A stretch of DNA of 63,323 nucleotides, filler included, from Collodictyon triciliatum (lineage: Eukaryota): the NCBI GenBank assembly GCA_043381765.1. It is 6 parts of 6 records of this genome, joined end to end, with 100 filler letters (N's around TTAATTAATTAA, not from the genome) between each part and the next. Parts side by side here need not be neighbours in the genome. Positions count along the whole stretch, not along the records: positions 59,800 to 61,860 come from JBHJMP010001544.1; positions 61,961 to 63,323 come from JBHJMP010001545.1; 4 more parts are not named here. One strand, 5' to 3'. This document shows positions 59,868 to 63,323 of the stretch, in pieces; within the stretch, counting starts at the first letter, position 1, and each line of letters begins with the position of its first letter. The notes beneath the pieces are model-generated. The model saw only the letters and a list, made by a program, of their open reading frames with translations. It did not search any database and was not told where the DNA came from. A program made the translations under genes and the position numbers.

Positions 59868-61760
59868 GTTTCCAGGGAGATTCTTCAGTAATCCAAAAAA
59901 CATCTTGATTTCTCGTACATTTATGCTGTGAGAACCCAATGTGCCAACGAACTGAATAAGTATTTCTATGCACGCTTAAATTAGATTTCTACAGTAACAA
60001 TGTTGGGCTAAAAGGAATTATTATTTCATCAAAAAAAATTCTTAGTTTACGGTTTTAATATGCCTCATGAGTACAATACCTTGTATCTCCTGGGTAACAG
60101 ACTTCGGAATCCATTCAAGAATCACAGATATCAATCCAATAGAGCAGCATTGAGAACAATTCACTGTGCTTATCTTGGCACAATCCAGCATCCTTTTTAA
60201 CGAAAATGTTTGTATGTCGACTTTCGAGTTCGCCAAAAGTGTGAATATTAGCAGAATAACATCAGGGTTTTGAAACGTGAATCTGTTTTCCAAATCGAAA
60301 GCTCCTTCAACCAACTAGATATTAATAAAAAAAAAAAAAAACCAAAAGGTTCATCAACTGACTGAGGAAATTATTACAAGAAAAATATATGAGGAACTGA
60401 ATGTTACGAATTAAACATGATTATATTAAGATAAAAAATTGCTAATGAATTACCTACCATGTCAAAAAGCATGTCGAGAGATTTTTTGGATGGAGATGAA
60501 TTTTCAGAACGTAGGACGAGCTCCTTAATAGATTCGTAGCCGACACATGACCTGAAGTAATCCTAAGTCGATAGATAAATATACAAATAAATAAATGAGC
60601 AGGAAATTTGTTCTTTTTGAGAAATTCTTATATGATATGAGCCCTGAATTAAACGTGTCTTGATTGACAAAGTTATTGGGGAAAGGCATGACATCAGTAT
60701 TAACCTTGTTCTCGCGTGAATTTTGAAGAAGAATGGTAAATGTACTCAAAATACGATGGCACAAGCCTGGAGAGCACACGATGTACCCAAGCGATATAAT
60801 TTTCAAGAATGAGTCAACTTTGCGAAAAGTGTTCTTGTGCTCTGGTACTCTTGTTACAATGGACTTGATGCCCTCAAGCATTTCGTAAGTGGATATTTCT
60901 GAATATTTTTTTTGTTTTGATGGAGAGTGGCTGTAGTCATCTAATCCGTCATTCCTTTTGAATGAGAATATCTTAGAGGGCCACTTATTAAAATTACGTT
61001 AAGATAACACACATGCAAGGATGAACTTACTTTCAAAAAAAAAGTCATATTTACTGGTGGCTTTGGCTCTGAAATTTTACGTCTGTATTTTATTGTGATT
61101 TAAAGTACCTTGTTAACACATCTAGATACTTTGAAAAAAGAGTGAGGGTGTATGGTGAGTCACTGGATGCACTTTTCATCAGCCCAATGACGTGATGTAT
61201 AGAGAACTGTCTGAGTTCGTCTTCACTTATAATAGAAAACAGAATGTCCACTGCGTGTAATTTTTTTGACGATGATTTCTGAACGTCAGGATTAGACAGA
61301 TATAAATCCTGTACGTAAGATAACAGCAGTGTAGGTTAAAATTTTATTAAACCAAGTTAGTTTGTATTTCTAATATGTAATCCGTAAATGAGTAGAGTCA
61401 ATCCGATAGTCTTTGAAATAATTCAGAAATGAAAAGGAAGAGAGTGTATGTTTGTGAACGAGAAAAATTAGAAAAATTGTTTTTAATATGAACATATTAA
61501 TTAGTAAATAGTTTGGTGCTCGTGTCTTTTATATTACAAGAAATTTCTCTTTGAATCGAATAAAGGAAAAAAAATATTACAAGAATTTCTAAAATCGTAT
61601 ATCGGCAAGCTTTGAATAGATTATATGGCCACGGTGGCCGCTTGGTGATGTATGCCACATCTCCTGACTCGGAAAGTCGGTATCTAGGATAGGGCATGTG
61701 ATTATTGCGTGCATTTAAGTGAGTTTGAAGCGCTTCATAGACTGAATCTGTTTCATAACT
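59868..61760 (-). CDS. Neurobeachin/LRBA-like (BEACH family) protein, N-terminal ARM-like region, internal fragment
   Basis: LVEGAFDLENRFTFQNPDVI...STVNCSQCCSIGLISVIL and VGTLGSHSINVREIKMFFGLL resemble the neurobeachin/LRBA segments LVGGEFDLEMNFIIQ and LASYSITVKELKLLF (recalled). The BEACH domain itself is not in the window. Confidence 0.68.
61549..61573 (+). mobile_element. 25-nt LINE family A 3'-end insertion, intronic
   Basis: CTTTGAATCGAATAAAGG-A7 flanked by ATATTACAAGAAATTTCT (61531-61548) / ATATTACAAGAATTTCT (61574-61590). Confidence 0.8.
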
Positions 61761-61860
61761 TATAGAGAACAAACAAAAAAAAACAAAGAAAAAAAAAAAA
61801 AAAGAGGGGGAGGGGGAAGAGGAAAGAAAAGCGACAAGAAGAACAACAAGACAACAAAGA

Positions 61861-61960
61861 NNNNNNNNNNNNNNNNNNNNNNNNNNNNNNNNNNNNNNNN
61901 NNNNTTAATTAATTAANNNNNNNNNNNNNNNNNNNNNNNNNNNNNNNNNNNNNNNNNNNN
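61861..61960. other. Artificial contig spacer
   Basis: N44-TTAATTAATTAA-N44. Confidence 0.98.
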
Positions 61961-61963
61961 ATA

Positions 61964-62016
<53 letters not shown>

Positions 62017-62076
62017 AAAAAAAGAAAGGGGGGGGGGGGGGGGGTGGGGGGTCCACTAATGAGTACGTATGTAAGA

Positions 62077-63105
62077 CCTGTTATCAACCATCGAGTGGAA
62101 GTTTACTATTGTACACAGGAGGGGGAGTGCATCTAATTTTTCAAGGGAGTTTTGACTCTGGTGGAGATTATTTCGTAACATAGCAATTAAACACTCTCCA
62201 AATTCGAGTGATATATAGATTGACTTGTAGTTCAACTGCAGTACTTTCTGTGTGCACAAAAGATTTATTTTTTTTTTTAAAAAAAAAAGGTAAGAGGCAG
62301 AGAAATTTTAGGAATTATTGAACTCCCCTGAGTTTTGGATAAAAAGAAGAAAAATAGAAATCTGACCAATATTGCACGGCATTCGAGAAAATTCATATGG
62401 CCCGTTACATTCGCAGCCTCTATAATCCCATTTTCAACGTGCTTTGCGAGTTCTTTCTGCCCTATGCGACTTAATGTCCCAACAGATTTGATTAGACCCA
62501 TCACAATAGCCTTGAGTTGTCCAAAATTCCATTGGTTTGATAAGATCGAAGATAAATCCTAACGTGTGTAAGGAATAAATATTGATTAAGGTATGGCAAT
62601 GGGATTAAATGGATTTAATAGATAGATAGATATTTTAACGATATCGACAATATGTGTCTTTCCACAAGAAGAGTACCTCGGTAGTTGGAACTGACGCAAA
62701 GTAAAAATATTCTCCCAGGAATAGGTCATAGAGTGCTCCGTCGTTACTTTCGAAGAGCCTGTAGTAAATAAGTGGGCCTTCTTGAAGAACTTCTGGGGTG
62801 TCTCTTGATAGAAAAACAATGCATCCCGTAATCAGAGCAATCTAATGGTTTCAGAATCAGTTCTTGTCTTTCTATTTGATTATCATCGCATAAAGAATGT
62901 CCATGGGAAATGTAGGAATCAATCATGCATAACGCATAAAATTAAATACGATAGAAACGTAAAAAAAAAAAAAAATTGCCTGGAGGTTTGGACGTTCTGT
63001 CTTTATCTTCTGGCGAGCATCTCTGTTTTGTTCTCCATTACGTATTTCGGGATTGAAAACATCGATTATTACATTTAGAAATGGATTGATATTGATGTCC
63101 AGTTC
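62077..63105 (-). CDS. Spliced helical-protein fragment, possibly an upstream part of the BEACH-family gene
   Basis: GT-AG-bounded exons, e.g. KVLQLNYKSIYISLEFGECLIAMLRNNLHQSQNSLEKLDALPLLCTIV and MGLIKSVGTLSRIGQKELAKHVENG. Same strand as the neighbouring fragment; no diagnostic motif. Confidence 0.45.
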
Positions 63106-63323
63106 TAGAATAGACAAGCAATTTAAGAAAGGGAAACTATTACTAAATGATATGTTGGTTATTCAAATTCAAAAACACTTGAACTAATAGTACACAAAAT
63201 TTGGGTCACTATATAAGTGAGTTATGATGTATTGGGGAGGGGGGGGGGGGGGGGGGGGGGGGGGTGTTTTTTGTTTTTTTTTTGTGGTTTGTGGTGGGGG
63301 GGTTTGTTTTTTTTTTTTTAAAT

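Noticed and set aside
61300-61610. AT-AC (U12) intron in the BEACH-like gene
   Set aside because: No ATATCCTT donor consensus, and the exon phases did not reconcile. Unsupported without transcripts.

Overview
Eukaryotic, AT-rich, intron-rich genomic DNA, probably from a flagellated protist with a mitochondrion. Six contigs are joined by five artificial 100-bp N44-TTAATTAATTAA-N44 spacers, so adjacency across spacers cannot be assumed. Genes read by manual splicing: a WD40 fragment with an in-frame stop; the 3' part of an unconventional myosin (motor end-IQ-RhoGAP-MyTH4-FERM-SH3-MyTH4-FERM); a disrupted LRR gene; a large NLR/STAND-like gene (CH-DUF4062-NACHT-like NTPase-TPR-pentapeptide-7xWD40-SEL1); SPAG16/PF20; a long coiled-coil protein; a membrane-anchored GDPD; mitochondrial ribosomal protein bL9; a GATA factor; and BEACH/neurobeachin-like fragments. 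Mobile DNA: one decayed L1/Tx1-like LINE, fragments of a second related LINE, and at least ten very short (20-58 nt) A-tailed LINE 3'-end insertions, each between direct repeats (mostly 12-18 bp). There is also a 125-bp dispersed repeat, a ~49-bp minisatellite and many microsatellites. Exon boundaries were read by eye and are approximate. Domain calls come from recalled motifs, not database searches.
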